DNA of 64,000 bases from Sarea resinae (lineage: Eukaryota): positions 310,001 through 374,000 of the forward strand of contig JAPEUD010000009.1 in assembly GCA_026026165.1 (NCBI GenBank), read 5' to 3'. The notes under the pieces are model-generated. The model saw only the letters and a program-made list of their open reading frames with translations. It was not told where the DNA came from and made no database searches. Positions 12,905-26,237 of the stretch are shown piece after piece. The translations under genes were made by a program, and so were the position numbers. Within the stretch, counting starts at the first letter, position 1; every line of letters starts with the position of its first letter.

Positions 12905-14666
12905 GCACAAAACTCCGCGTAACAAGAGTTTCGAAAACCAGGGGTCGGAGATGTAAAGCTCTCTCTGTCAAACTTTCGTGACATCCACGCGAGCCAAGAA
13001 CGGAGAATGGGTGCCGCCGGAAGAGGCTTCCTGGAGGGATTCTGATGATTAACAGTACGATACCATTATGTTTACGACTATGGGATGTTAGGGCGGTCAT
13101 CTCTTTTCGATTGAGCGTTCATGTACCAGATTCTGTATACGCCACACGCCATATTCGGACGATCCTTTACGACCAGCGCTTCGACAGGAGCTAATAGCTC
13201 GGTGGAGTTGCTTCTCTGACTTTCTTTTTTCGTGCGGCTCTTAAAAAGCAAGCATGCTTGATGACCTTTGGACACATTTATACAGTCGTTCTCCTTGTGA
13301 GAACTGGGGGCTCTTTGATTTTTCAGATTTCCGCCATTCATTACACGCATATCATGCGCTCTCGTTGCGCGTGCTTTTCCTTTTGTTAATATTTCAGTGG
13401 TAATTGCAGTCGCAGAGAGACTCATATCTTGTTTTCATTTTTGCCTCATGGTATTTCTATAGCTATATTGCGAGATAACTTCGTTAGTCTAGGGTATCCA
13501 GGCTACGATTGAGGTCAAATCGTGCTTTCTGATCAGGAGTTGAGAAACGATTCTTAGCTACTTCGAGGTTAATCGCCTTCACGAAGCCGCAGAGCGACGT
13601 CCATTGACACGGGGGACGAGCACCCCCTCTTGGTCCTTGGGAGGTAACATCTAAGAGAATAGAGATCGTGAATAGGCTAGGATTGACAAATCAATCAATA
13701 AGTTCAATAACGCCGCCGAAAGTCATTGGATCAGTGTATCTCGTTACTTCGTATTACAAATAACATCTCATACAATATGACAGGATCAACTGTATCAATC
13801 GTTGCTCTGGTGAGGTAGTCAGTTGGCGTAGCACACGATCCCGAACGCCGGGAAGCCTCAATGGCCGAAAGAGGACATGGGCAAGCAGGAGGCGTTTTGG
13901 CGTTCATCCTCCGACGTATCACGATGTTTGCCCAGCTACTCGAGATTGTTACATAAGCGCATGTATCGGGCATCTCTCGTCGGACATCAGATGAAAATAA
14001 TCGGGCTGTCGGTTTTCTCTGGTCCCACGATTGATTCGTCCGATGTTCGATGGTGGATCGGGAGAGCGTCGCTATTGGTTGGCTCTCAGTTTTCGGTCAA
14101 AATTCGTCGAACGTCTACGCCTAAGTAAACAAAGCGACGACATCAACAGCGCTGGAGGTCTTTCATCCGATCTCTCGAGACTTCCATTGATGGAACTGAT
14201 TAGATAAGAGTGACCCGCATGATGGGTTTCCTGACTTTTATCGTCGAACGTCTCTCTCTCGAAGCTTCTTTCGTCTATGCGATGATTCCAATCCGAATGT
14301 GTGCGCGGTGTGCCGATCTTGAATGCCGTAATTAGTAACGGGTGCGCAACCGTATCGGGACCGAGGGACCAGACCAGACCCTGAAAGTGACACACCTGGA
14401 GTGACAGACAGTGACAGAAAGGCGCATACAACACCAACACATCTTCGACCTCCAATTCAGAAACCCTCTTGACGGTCTGTCTTGCTCAGATCAAGGCCTT
14501 CACTTCCGATGAAGCTGCCGCGAATGATATCGAAGTGATTGCTGACCTCCCTCAGATTGTACCGAATACGTTCTTAGTGGCACATGAACCAGACCGCGCG
14601 TCTGCGCCAGGGGAGAGGGGCCCTCGTTGAAGGAGCACATTTCTTGCGTGCCACCATCAAGCCTCA

Positions 14667-16713
14667 ATGCATATTCCTCAGCTCACGCCTCTTCAGTCAC
14701 GCCTAGCTGCTTCCCTTGCCGCATCTCTCTGTCTCGTCGTCATATTCTTCTCGCTCTTCAATCCAACACCAGTCTATGCAGCCGATGACGATACGGTAGA
14801 CCACAGCTCTCATGACGACAATCTGCTGCGGAAGGACTCAGCGGCCCAGCATGTATATGACAATTTGGACTGGAGGCATGAAGAGGAGTCATTTGACACC
14901 TATGAGCCTGAGTTTGCGGGTGTTGATAGGGGAATCATTGGGCGGGCCCCTGTAGGCATTACCGCTCTGGCGAATAACGACCCACAGAACCTGAATATCG
15001 ACTTGGGAGAATCAAATTACTGGGTCTTTCCAAATGCCTCGCTATGGGGAAACTTTTCGGCTCCTACGGCTGGGCTTCCATCGGACCCTGATGCTCAACG
15101 TCGGATAAAACGAGATAAAGAGACAGACGGCTTTTTGGAGGATGACGAAGATGAGATGGAAGAAGATGTCACTACGAGTGAAGACCAAGTAGGGGGAAAC
15201 AGAGGGTCGCGGAAGGTCTATATCACACTGAATACATGCCTGCAGCCATCTGCAAACGGGTCTGATATACCCCCGCCACTCGAATTGTACGTATCGACGA
15301 GCCAACGCAATCAGCGTCCGGGTCCCAAAGGCGATGACTCAAGGCAAACCATGATGCTGGCAGAGGATGGGTTTGCCAATATCACGGTCGATGCAACCGG
15401 TGATGTTTACGTTGGGGTTTCGGCCTCAAATAGCACATCGTTCAAGAGTATCTATAATTACGAGCTTGCTGCTTCTATAGACGCACCATACCACTCGGTA
15501 GAAGAAGATGAGCCGAATCTTTTTCTCGTGGATAGCGACAGTTTCTCTGCTCTTCTGATCACCAACAATCTCACAACACAGGGACCTGACTCCGCCGTCT
15601 TTAAGCAATGGATGAACATGACTCCGCCATTCATGATGTACGCTCATAACATCAATGACACCGCCATCAACGGTCTTTCGAAATCCTTCTGCGGACTTCA
15701 ACACAAGGCTCAGATCTCGACCGCAGAAGCTGGTCTGGACAGCAACCAGGTGCAAACGGGTATGACGACGCGCGGACTCGGTAATAAGCCAAAGGAGCAG
15801 TTCTTCATCCACGGCCTCAATGGAACTTCAGCCTACTATGGTATCCTAGCCATGCAAGGCAACTCGACCAAATCCGGCGCGGGCGTCGTAGGCGGTGGGG
15901 GAAAGGTCTGGCAGCCGATGAATTTCACCACCATGTCTGGTAAATCTCTCCTGCGCAGCATCGCCATCCATCCATCCATCCATGACTGGCAAACTAATGT
16001 AAATCGCAGACGGCAACTGTCAAGTGATATTCAACCTCAGCTTCTGCTCTGAAGTCGCATATGCCGTACCCTCCAACCCCCAAAAGTTCTCCAACGTCAC
16101 GGCTTTGACGCAGCTCTATGACTCGAATGCCGCCTCGCTCTACCAATACTTCAACTACTCCCTGCAGCAAATTCCCTGCAACACGACCTCCTCGGCGCAA
16201 TACAGCCTCGTGCGCAACTGTACGGACTGCGCGCGCGAATACAAGCAATGGCTCTGCGCCGTCACGATCCCCCGCTGCGCCGACTTCTCCTCTCTCGACT
16301 CCTTCCTGTGGCCGCGCAACATCGGCGGCAGATTCATCAACGGCACGCTACCGGACCCGTCGGCGCCCGCCTTCGAAGGCATGCACATGAATTGGACGGC
16401 GCAGAACCAGTCGCGCGTCTCGCTCATCGACACGGAGATCCAGCCCGGTCCGTACAAGGAGATCCTTCCCTGCGGCGATCTGTGCTACAGCCTCGTCCAG
16501 AGCTGTCCTGCCTCGCTCGGCTTCCAGTGCCCGCTGAAACACAGGGGCATGGATGCCAGCTACGGTACCCGCGATATGGGCGGCAAGATCTCCTGTAGTT
16601 ATCTCGGTGCGTATTACTATATGAATGCCGCGCCGCGGGCAGCGGGCGGCGCCCCGACGACATTAGTCCTGGGTGTCGTGGGCCTTTGGAGCGGACTGCT
16701 CTTCTTTCTGTAA
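14667..16713 (+). CDS. mid1: Stretch-activated Ca2+ channel subunit Mid1; 2 exons (14667-15939, 16010-16713), 658 aa
   Basis: N-terminal hydrophobic signal, VYITLNTCLQP, and Cys-rich C-terminus (GNCQVIFNLSFCSEVAYAVP, YSLQQIPC, CAREYKQWLCAVTIPRC, PGPYKEILPCGDLCYSLVQSCP). Confidence 0.93.
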
Positions 16714-17298
16714 AGGTAGGCCGGTGCGCGTATGTGTGTATGTATATACCGGTTTTTTTTTTTTGGCTGGGTTTGTGGGGGAGGTGGGTGTTCAGGAGTC
16801 TGCGTTTTTTTCTCTTGAGCGGGAGGGGATTGGGTCGCGATTCAGTACCCGAGTCGGCTCATGCGCCGGCAAGCATGATGATCACTGCCGAGAGAACTTT
16901 TTATCATACGGCATAGCAATGCAGCAGAAGAAGGGAAGGAAATGAAATGAAATGGAATAGAGGGAGCCGCACATAGAAAAACCCAGCATCGCATCCATGA
17001 ACTCCTTGTTCTTTTCGGAGCTTTTTCTTGAATCCAGGAGAAGCTATGCGTGAAGATGCAGCCTTTGGCTAGTGAATTGGCTTTCTAGAAAGAATGGTAT
17101 CAATTTTTCGAACAAGAACAATAGACCACAACGCAATAACGCCTCTCCCCTCTCGTTTTCCCAGTCGCAGATCCCAACGAGCCATTCCCAAGCCCAAGTC
17201 CAATTTCAATCCGAATTCTAAGCACCAAAGGGAGACAGAAGACTATACGCCGTTTATAAAAGGCTTCTAGACAGAGTAGGCCATGCCAATCCCCACTC

Positions 17299-19056
17299 TT
17301 ACTTTTCCACCACCACCGGGCTAGCTGACTTGCCTGGACCATTTGCGCCTTCTTGGTCCATGGGTTTGCGGAGCGGTGTGACGCTAGCGCCCCTCATCCC
17401 CCTTCCCCTCAGAGACGGACTGGGCGTCCATCTGCCTTTGGTCTTGTCCTTCTCTTTCTCCTTCCCAGCTATGGTGGTGGTGGTAGTACCCCTACTTCTC
17501 CCGAACAAGGCCCCATTCACCCCGGCACCTGTGGGAGTAGTAGTAGTAGTAGTAGTAGTAGCGGCCGAGACAGCCTTGGAGGCCCCGACACGGTTCCAGA
17601 GCTGGCGCGCCGCGGGCGTGAGGTTCCCGGCTCTGTGCGTAGCGGGGCGAGGAAGACGGGGCGAGGACGTGAATTTGGGCGTCGGGGTCTTCGAGCGATT
17701 GAAGAACGAGGGCGAGTGCGAGGGGGAGAGAGCAGAGGGCGAAAAGGACGAGAGGGATGACGATGACGGTGACGATGGTGAAAGCGCAGACAGAGAGGGT
17801 TTCCGATGGTTGCGCGCCACGCGGTCGACCATTCGATGGTGGATTTTCTCGCGCCGCGACGACTCGTTAATCGTGAAGGGGTTGGCGCTGTGAGGCCCGC
17901 TGCTGTCTCCGCCGTGGCCCGCGAGGAGGAAGAGATGTGGTTGTTCGCCGTCCTCTTCGGACACGCCCAGCTCCGAAGGGGTGGGTTCCTCGTCTACGAA
18001 GGCGTAGCCGGCCACCCGGAGAGTTTCGGCCCCTGTATAGCCCGGCTCCGAGGCTGTGGGGCGAGGCCGTCCAGCTATGGCGTCGTTGATTGTCGAAAGC
18101 GAGGGCGAGGGCGGGATACTGCTTTCTGAGGAGGTGGGCGGTGGGGGCAGACGAGTGTTGGTGTAGCTGACGGATTTGGGCGGCGCCTTGGAGGTTGCTT
18201 CTGCTGTCTCCTGCACGGTTGGGAGGGACGATGTCGTACTCCTTTCCTCAAGAGAGGCGGGGTGGAACATGAGTTGGTTTTCTGGACGCGAACGCCAGGA
18301 GTCGGGCATTGCTTTTCTGTTGTCATCGTCGCCGCTTATCCTTTCGCTTTGCCCTTGTTCTTTGTCAGTATCGGCGCGACCGTCCTCGATAGCTCGTGCA
18401 GTTTTATCAGCAAGAAGTTTCTGTTCGCGCGCCCGATGAGCAATTTGGCGAGCAGCGGGAATCTTGTTCCCAGCATATATCCAGGCGTAATTTTCGGCGT
18501 GTTTGGCATTTTGCTTATCGAGGAGCTTGTTAAAGGATTCGTTGTCCTCGGAGGTGTATTTAGCTTGGAAGGCCGTGAGACTCATGTTTGTGTCTATCTC
18601 CGGCTGCTGGGCTTCCGTTGTAGTTGTGGAAACGGTAGAGATATCGGACCCTGCGACAGACATAGGTGTATCGCCTCCCCAGCCCCTCGGCGTCTCATCT
18701 CCCGCTGAGAGGCCAATACGAGGCGTCAAGCTCGTGCCCCTCCTCCCGGCCGCAAATCTCTTCCTCCGCCCATCAGGTCCTGGCGTCATGACCTCGGTCA
18801 ACTTCCGACTCGCGGCCTTGATCCACTCGCCATCCCTCGAGTCCAACGCGTCGAGGTATTCTTGCTGGGTTTGCGTCTCCAACAAGCCGGGGAAGAAGTC
18901 GCGCGCGATGATGTGTGAGAGGGCGTCGGTATAGCAATCTTCGTCCAAGACGGTGGAGGGGCGCTTGATGCGCTTCGGGGGTGGGGGTGGAGGCATTAGA
19001 GAGGTATCTGAGGGGCGTTTGGTGAGAGCCTGGGAGGACTGGTATGAGGACGCCAT
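17299..19056 (-). CDS. Nuclear/spliceosomal protein Es2 (ESS2/DGCR14 family), single exon
   Basis: VLDEDCYTDALSHIIARDFFPGL, LTAFQAKYTSEDNESFNKLL, NQLMF, VAGYAFV and LTPAARQL. ATG at 19056 preferred over the upstream in-frame ATG. Confidence 0.88.
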   Translation of the reverse strand: MASSYQSSQALTKRPSDTSLMPPPPPPKRIKRPSTVLDEDCYTDALSHIIARDFFPGLLETQTQQEYLDALDSRDGEWIKAASRKLTEVMTPGPDGRRKRFAAGRRGTSLTPRIGLSAGDETPRGWGGDTPMSVAGSDISTVSTTTTEAQQPEIDTNMSLTAFQAKYTSEDNESFNKLLDKQNAKHAENYAWIYAGNKIPAARQIAHRAREQKLLADKTARAIEDGRADTDKEQGQSERISGDDDNRKAMPDSWRSRPENQLMFHPASLEERSTTSSLPTVQETAEATSKAPPKSVSYTNTRLPPPPTSSESSIPPSPSLSTINDAIAGRPRPTASEPGYTGAETLRVAGYAFVDEEPTPSELGVSEEDGEQPHLFLLAGHGGDSSGPHSANPFTINESSRREKIHHRMVDRVARNHRKPSLSALSPSSPSSSSLSSFSPSALSPSHSPSFFNRSKTPTPKFTSSPRLPRPATHRAGNLTPAARQLWNRVGASKAVSAATTTTTTTTPTGAGVNGALFGRSRGTTTTTIAGKEKEKDKTKGRWTPSPSLRGRGMRGASVTPLRKPMDQEGANGPGKSASPVVVEK

Positions 19057-19318
19057 CGCTGATATCAGAGCCCAGTGCTCAGACAAAGCCTGGGAGAGAT
19101 GGAGATGCACCAGCGGATGGGGCCTTGGAGGTGAGGTATGGAGATATGGTTGGAAGTGGAGATGTTTCAACGGGTACTGAGTCAATGAATGAATGGAGTG
19201 ACAGATATGTGATAAGGCTGGCGATGGAGACCAAAAGCGCTGCCACCCCATTCACCGCCCGGCAAAATACTACTGACTTCAAGGCACCAGGCCCTTAATC
19301 GCCCATCACAAACCCAAG

Positions 19319-19819
19319 ATGCCACACTCCACAACTTCCACCACACACTCATCTCTGTCGGACAGAGACATCATGTCCATCGACACTCCAACTTCCGAAC
19401 CTCACTCCAGAAAGCGCAAAGCCTCAAACGCGCCTGGTTCCCGAGAACTGACCACCACCACCATCAGAAACCCCGCCTGGACGTATCTGCACCTCGAACT
19501 GATCTTCTCTCATCCCTCGACTCCGATACCGCAGACGATCGATGCCATAACAGCTCGAACGCATCTTTCATCTGCACTACAGCAGTTTCTGGGTCTGCAC
19601 GGAACGGCGATTCCTATTGATATACTGAAGGTGGAGGGCAGGACCGTGTGGATACGAGTGCCGAGGGAGGATGGAAACGCCGTTGTTGCTGCTGTGGGGG
19701 GTTGGGTAGGAGGAAACCTCCAAGACGAGGGCGAGCAATTGGGTTGGAGGGTCAGAAAGTGGGGGAAATGGTTACCGGGGCTTGTGGGAGGGGATGGGAG
19801 GGAATTATTCGACGAATGA
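19319..19819 (+). CDS. pop8: RNase P/MRP subunit Pop8-like protein (start may be the ATG at 19373)
   Basis: WTYLHLEL...HLSSALQQFLGLHGTAIPIDILKVEGRTVWIRVPRED matches my recollection of fungal Pop8. Size fits. Confidence 0.8.
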   Translation: MPHSTTSTTHSSLSDRDIMSIDTPTSEPHSRKRKASNAPGSRELTTTTIRNPAWTYLHLELIFSHPSTPIPQTIDAITARTHLSSALQQFLGLHGTAIPIDILKVEGRTVWIRVPREDGNAVVAAVGGWVGGNLQDEGEQLGWRVRKWGKWLPGLVGGDGRELFDE

Positions 19820-20122
19820 AGCAATCCGTACATCCGGACTACGATGCATGCACCAACAACAAAATTCAAGAAGGCGTCAACACCATGGGTACATTCTCGA
19901 GTGTCGAGGATTGCAAAGTAGCCAACGAAAGGAAGCTACATCGTATAAATCGCAATCGGATGGCGGGCCAACCATTTTCCAGCCTTGGATACGGGACAAA
20001 GTAAAACGCCGGCGCAATGATCCTCATGGCCAACCTCCAAACGAGTACCATCCAAACACCGAAGTATGGCTTTCCCATAGATATTTGCGCGGACTCTGCG
20101 TCATCTGTCGTATTATTTGGGT

Positions 20123-21874
20123 TTACATCATGGACATGAGCGAATTTTGAGCATAAGCCTGTAGGACGCGATCAACGATTAGTGGGGAACCAGAAGGAGG
20201 TCACTAGTGGGCGATCTTACCATAGGCTTTATATCTGGATGTGGAACGGCATCGAACTTGTGGTAGTCAAGCTTGAGTTCGGGCCCAACGTTGATGTATG
20301 CACCCTTATTCTCTGTGCTATCACAGTACTTGGGCGCAGAGAAGACTAGACAGACGTCAGACAGAGATCTGGCGTTCGCCGTTTCGATTGAGGCACTCAC
20401 CAGTTATACAACGTCCGTCGTGCTCCACCTCATATCCTTCCATCCTGACTTCGTGACTACGAATGATAGCCTCCAAGCCGTTCTTTTCGCAGAATCTCTT
20501 TGTGACATCTGGACCAAACTGCAGACCAACTCCCCGCTTGCTAGGCCCCCTTCCGGGGACTGTCTGAGGATCTGTCCAGAGCATCTCCATCATAAGGCCC
20601 TGCTGGCCGGGCTGTCGCTGGCCGTGCCTATTGAGCTTCCTGATATCATCGAGCGCAACGTTATCATCCGAGAAGAGACCTCCGTGGAGGATCAAAAACT
20701 TCCCACCCACGAGCGTTGCTAGCGGTAGTGCCGAGAAGCTTTCTGAAAACAGCTTGAAGACCCTTTCGTTATATTTGGCTTTACATTCACCCTCGAATCC
20801 ATACACGCGATTCATGTCGTCAGTCTCGTGATTTCCACGATTGAGGAAGAAGCCATTAGGGCGCAGCCATTTGTATGAGTAGAGGAGAAGTGCGACCTCC
20901 GTAGACCAGGATCCTCGATCGACAAAGTCGCCATTGAAAAGATAGGCGTGCGAGTCGGAGGGGAAGCCGTTGAGGCGGAAGATCTCAAGAAGGTCGAAGA
21001 ATTGCCCTATCCATTCCGTCAGCGGAAATAATATGGGTTTGAAAGCCAGAGCACTCACCATGAGTATCCCCACAGATAGTCAACTTCTTCTCCTTCTCAA
21101 CGCCGACCTCTACCATAGTGGGTTCGTTGTATACGAGATCCTGGACGGCCAAAATGATCTGGAAGACATATTTCTTATGTATGGGCTTGCCATTCTTGAA
21201 GCGTGTGATCATATCATCTATAAATTCTTGCGTCATCTCCTTCCCTAATCTGACGCCATCATATTTCTCGTCCACATGCATGGAGTCCAAATCGAGACCC
21301 TCGGCCGCCGAAGGGGGATCGCCGACCTCAATAGCCTTGAGGAACTCAACTCGCCGGACGATCTTCTCGCACTCAGCCAGTCGGAGCTTGGCATCTCTAT
21401 CATTCGGGACCTTCCTCACCAGGGTCTTGAAGTCGGTGAGAGCATCGCGGGAGTTTAATATAGCGGTATTAGCCATCGCCCTCCGATAGTATGCCTGTGG
21501 TTGTGGCGACTGATTAGCATCCTGAACCAGCAGCTAGTCATGCCTTCGGGGACCATTCATACCTTCACGTAGGAAGGGTCCAACTCGATCGCCTTGGTGG
21601 CGTCCGCAATAGCAAATCCATACTGCTCTAGCTTGATATGTGCCTGTTCAGCGGCAATGATATCAGTTCTGGTCCCCTAAGAAGAGCACGTGGGGAAGTG
21701 CGCTGGTGGGGCAGGGCTGCCTACCTGGGCCCTGTTGCAGTAGAAAGAGGGTTCCTTGTCATTGGCATCGATGGCCTGGTCATAGAAGCTTATGGCCGTC
21801 GGCCAATCGTGCTCTGCAAAGGCCTTGTTGCCTCTCTGCTTCAATGCAACGGCATCCCCCGCAGAGGGAAGCAT
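20123..21874 (-). CDS. ppt1: Ser/Thr protein phosphatase 5 (TPR repeats plus PPP catalytic domain), 6 exons
   Basis: TPR N-terminus (ALKQRGNKAF...YCNRAQ, AYYRRA), GDTHGQ, NGDFVDRG, RGNHE, SAPKYCD, and C-terminus VPHPDIKPMAYAQNSLMSMM*. Confidence 0.95.
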
Positions 21875-22547
21875 GGCTTGTAGTGATGATCGTGAGGTGT
21901 GATTGAGGGTAAGGTATCGAGGAGACAAACGGGCTTGGGCCTCGAAATAGGGTGGAGGGAGGGAGATGGAGGGGAGAGTAGGGGAAGAGTTGGGGGGGGG
22001 AGGGCACAGTAGTAGTAAAGTAAGGGAAGGTCAGGTAGGTAGGGCACGAGCAAACAAGAATGATGTCGAGTTGCGAGAAGATGAGAGGGCTAGACTCCTT
22101 CGAGGCCACCGCACACTTCTGTTCTTTGTCTCGGACACTGCAGCGACAGAGAGGTCCAGAAGAATCGACGACCCGAGTACGGAGGAGAGGCAGGCGGGAC
22201 AGGAGACAGGTATATCTGTCGGGAGGTGACTCTCTTCTGCGTGCAGAGCACACCACGAGACAAGTACTTCTACCTGGAGATTGGGATGAGTCTCAGGGCT
22301 GCGCTACCTACTCCGGAGTAGACTCCGCTTTGAATCAGATATCGATCTCGCCTCCCGTACCAGCAGATGCCAGCGGGCGGGAGAAGCCCAGCGCGCAATT
22401 CAACATCATCTTCATTCATCTTCACCTTCATCCTGATCCGGATCCGGATCCTCATCGACATCCTCGCATCTCGTGGATTGACTTCGCCTCTCTCCACCCG
22501 AGTTGTTGCTCCGCTCCACAGGGCATTCTGCTCTGTTTTCACCAACC

Positions 22548-23078
22548 ATGTCCTCCAACTTTGTACCCTCAAACCAGCAGCGCACCCTCCGCGCCTGCAT
22601 GGTCTGTTCCATCGTGCAACTTCAAGCCGTATGCGCCCTGTCCTACAATCTCTCTGCCTTCGTCTTCCCCCTTCCCTCTCTCTCAACACGTTCTTAACCT
22701 GACTAATACTCTCCTGCCATCCAGCGATTCCTCCGTGAAGGCTGCCCGAACTGCGAAACATTCCTTTCGCTGGCCGGCTCTGCCGAAAACATCCAATACT
22801 GCACATCGCAAGTGTTCGAGGGGCTAATAACGCTAGCCGACCCGGCCCAGTCGTGGGTCGCTCGGTGGCAGCGACTGGATGGATACGTGGGCGGCGTGTA
22901 TGCCGTCAAGGTGGTCGGACAGCTGCCGGATGAAGCCGTCCTTGAGGCAGAGAGGGCCGGCGTCAAGTATATACCGTACGTATCACCTACGAGGGTTCCT
23001 TGGCTGCTCTTACGTGTGAGAATGCATACTAACTATGTTTACAGTCGGGATGGTAGCGCATTGGATGACGACACTTAG
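22548..23078 (+). CDS. spt4: Transcription elongation factor Spt4; 3 exons (22548-22628, 22725-22975, 23045-23078), 121 aa
   Basis: [11 protein letters not shown]...GCPNC zinc finger, [19 protein letters not shown] and [12 protein letters not shown]. Confidence 0.96.
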
Positions 23079-23514
23079 TCTGCCCGTGAGAAATCGGCAT
23101 TGGAGCTCTTGTTAGATATACGAGCGGGAACATGGGCCGGCGTTTGCTTTGCTCTGGTGTTTCAAAAGTTAGCAACGGGCGCGGCGCAAGGAATGTCAGA
23201 GATTTGGAAAAGGGTGAAGCATAAGCATCTGTATCAGTACCAAATTTGGTGATATTTGGGGTTGCAAAACACTTCCAGAACACTTCAATGTCAGGCCGTG
23301 CGCTTATTGACTCGGGCGTGCTTTAAACTGCACCCATGTGCCAAGGATCGGACGATAATGAAAAATGGTTTTTGATGCTACATTTACAGGAGAATAAACA
23401 CCTGGCAAGATCTCATGTAAGATTTGGTTGCTCTGAGCAGCCAGCGATCTTGGGCCAACCCTTTTTTTCCACCCCATAATCCTACAATTGCGCACACAAT
23501 TCTTCCGTCTTACC

Positions 23515-26237
23515 TTATTGCTCAATCCCATTTCTATCAACGACCCCCGCCTTCTCCATCGCTTCTTGGAATAAATCCCGACACCTGACTCGACTCCCCA
23601 GTCGCGCACACAACAAAAAGGCTCCACTCAACTTCCGATGCAAACTATACGTCTCCTCGGGCGGACTCGTCAGCCTCTCCCGCAGCATCAACGGAATCTG
23701 CCCCTTGACCCTATCGGTAATAGTCTGGTCCCTGAAGTCGTAGACCTCGGGCGACGTGGCGCGGAAAGGTTCCGCGAGCGTTAGGATGGACGTAGTATGC
23801 GCCGTCAGCATCGCGGGAGATTCGGCGCCGGTGAGATATCCGAGCTTTAGGGACAGATTGTGGATAAGCGGTTTGTTGGTGGTAGAGGCCGCGTAGAGGA
23901 GATGGGTGTAGGTCCTAATAAAGTCTTCAGGGTATGCACGAGAGGCGCCAAAGTCGAGGAGTTCGAGCTTGTTCGTTTCCGCATTGTACAAGAAATTCGT
24001 CCAGTTGGGGTCTGTCTGCATGAACTTGAATTCGGTAATCTCACGGAGACATAGTCGCAGAATCTGCGTTCCGACCCAATCTTTTTGTTCCTGAGTGAAG
24101 TTTTGCACTTTTGTCACGCCGACGCCATCCATGCGCTCCATGGTCAGCACCTGTTTTCCTGAGGCCTCGGCGAAGATCTCAGGCACGAGGAAGACGTCTT
24201 GTGAATTTTTGAGGAGATCACGGAATCGACGACCGCATTCTGCCTCACGGACGTAATCACACTCCCATGCGAGCTCGGTCCGGGCGTTGGCGATGGTCTT
24301 GTCGAGGTATAATCCCTTGGGGAGTAATCTCGATGCCGTCAATAGGATGGAGAGGTTGTTGAGATCAGAGTCGATGGAGCCGGCAACACCAGGATACTGG
24401 ACCTTGACCGCGACGCGCTGACCCGTTGATTTGAGGACGGCACCGTGGACTTGGCCAATCGAGGCGGCAGCTATAGGAATTTCGTCGAAGGAGCTGAAGA
24501 GGTCGCGCCAGTTCGGGCCGAGATTACTTGCGAGAACCTTGTCGCGTTGAGATGCCGGCATGTAGTCTGCGCTGTCTTGGACGCGCTGGAGCACTTCTTG
24601 GATTGGTGCAGGGAGCATCTTCGAGTCTGCTGGAGATCAGTAAAGAACATAATGTATACAGTGGAGATGGCAGACCCTGGAAGCTCATCATCTGGCCAAG
24701 CTTGAGAGCCGCTCCTCTCATTCGGGAGAGCTTCGCTACGAGCCTCTCCATGTTTGCCGGACTGAGCATCAAGGATCCTCCACTTCCCTCACCGCCTGTG
24801 ACTCGTCGAACACTTTCAGTGACCGCACCTAGAGCCATGCCAGTGGCTAGGCCTCCATAGTGCCATATTCGTCCGAACCGAGATGAGGGAACTGAAGACT
24901 CTTTCATCTGGAAGGGGGTCTTGAGAGAGGCTGCATTTATATCGGCCGGGATCTACGCAGAGGCTGTCAGTACATCAGCATAGGCAGCTTGCTTGAACCT
25001 TCAAAGAAAAGCTCACATTGGGAGGCTTTTCACTTTGCACCTCCTTAGCTAGATCGGCAGCAAGCGATTCGATATCCTCTTTTCCTTGGTCGTTTTCCTT
25101 GGCAGCATTGGGACTCTCGCTGGAAACACTATTCGCATGCGTGGGTCCCTGTTCAGCGGTAGTTCGAACATTGAAAGTATCTTGATCCTTTCCCTGTGCT
25201 AATGACGTATGCTCGATGGGGCCCTTTTTGGCAGCTCGCATTTTCAGGTCCGGTGACTGTGGTCTTCCTTTCCCACCCAGCATCTTAGCAATCCGAGGGT
25301 TCATGAAGACTTCAGTATTGATGCCTTCGGGAACCTGCTCTTGTTCAGGTACTGCTTCTTTTGACGGGATCGCTGTCCCCGGCTGGTGCCCTTCGGAGGA
25401 GTAGAAAACATCCGAATTAATCTCTCCATCCTCGACATGCTCATCTCCAGATTGAGTGTCCTCAGTCTGCTTGGGAATCTTTGATCTTGGTAATGACGAT
25501 AGGACAGGCGATGTTCGTGTCGACCGGGTATAGAAAGTATCCTCGTCATGGCCTCTCGTCAGATTGGCCGCATTGGCATCTGAAGATATAGCTGGCGATG
25601 GTTCGGCTACGTTAGAAGGTATCTGAAACTCGGATTGTCGCTGAAATTTCCGTGCCTGATCTGGTCGAGATGCTGGTGTATGCCCAGAAGGGCCAGGTAT
25701 CGTAGACTCCTTGCTCGATTCGGGTTCCGTCTGCGGCGTTGCGGAAAACGCATCTCCGCGACTTTCATTGCCAAGTCTTGACGCAGAAGGAGGTATTGTT
25801 CCATCCGGCAAGGGTTGTCTCTGCGCTTGTTCCTGCTTCACCCCGAGCTCTCCCTCTGGTGTTGGATCTGCCGTGGCATTTTTCTCTGAACGATCGTAAA
25901 AATGGTCTTGTCCTAGCCCTTCTTGGAGATTCTCTCCCTGGTCCTGGCCTTGGCCGATCGTACTCTTCTCGCGGGGAATCGAAGGTCCCGCATTGTCTTT
26001 TCGAGGCTCCGCAGCTGAGGTGGTATAGGATGGCTCTTCATTGAGTCGGCGCGAGAGACTGTAAGCAGCGTAAGCGGTCAGGGTCACCCGATCCGTCTGC
26101 GTCTTCACAGCTTTGGCAAGAGATGAGCTTTTATTGAAGACATCCAATTGGTGAGAGCGAAGTTCGAGATGCTTCCTGGCTATAGAGCGAGAAGCGCTGA
26201 AGATGACCGCCAAGTCCACAAGACGCCTGCCGGCCAT
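23515..26237 (-). CDS. coq8: Atypical kinase Coq8/Abc1 (UbiB family), mitochondrial; 3 exons
   Basis: ESSVPSSRFGR, LSRMRGAALKLGQMMS (KxGQ), AAASIGQVH, VAVKVQYPG, MQTDPNWTNF, LLDFGA and YSLHRKLSG. Confidence 0.95.

Noticed and set aside
13700..14460. Minus-strand ORFs upstream of mid1
   Set aside because: Frames are interrupted, with no coherent splice model or motif.
22060..22827. 255-aa ORF overlapping the spt4 promoter and exon 1
   Set aside because: Runs through promoter, UTR and an intron; spt4 explains the locus.
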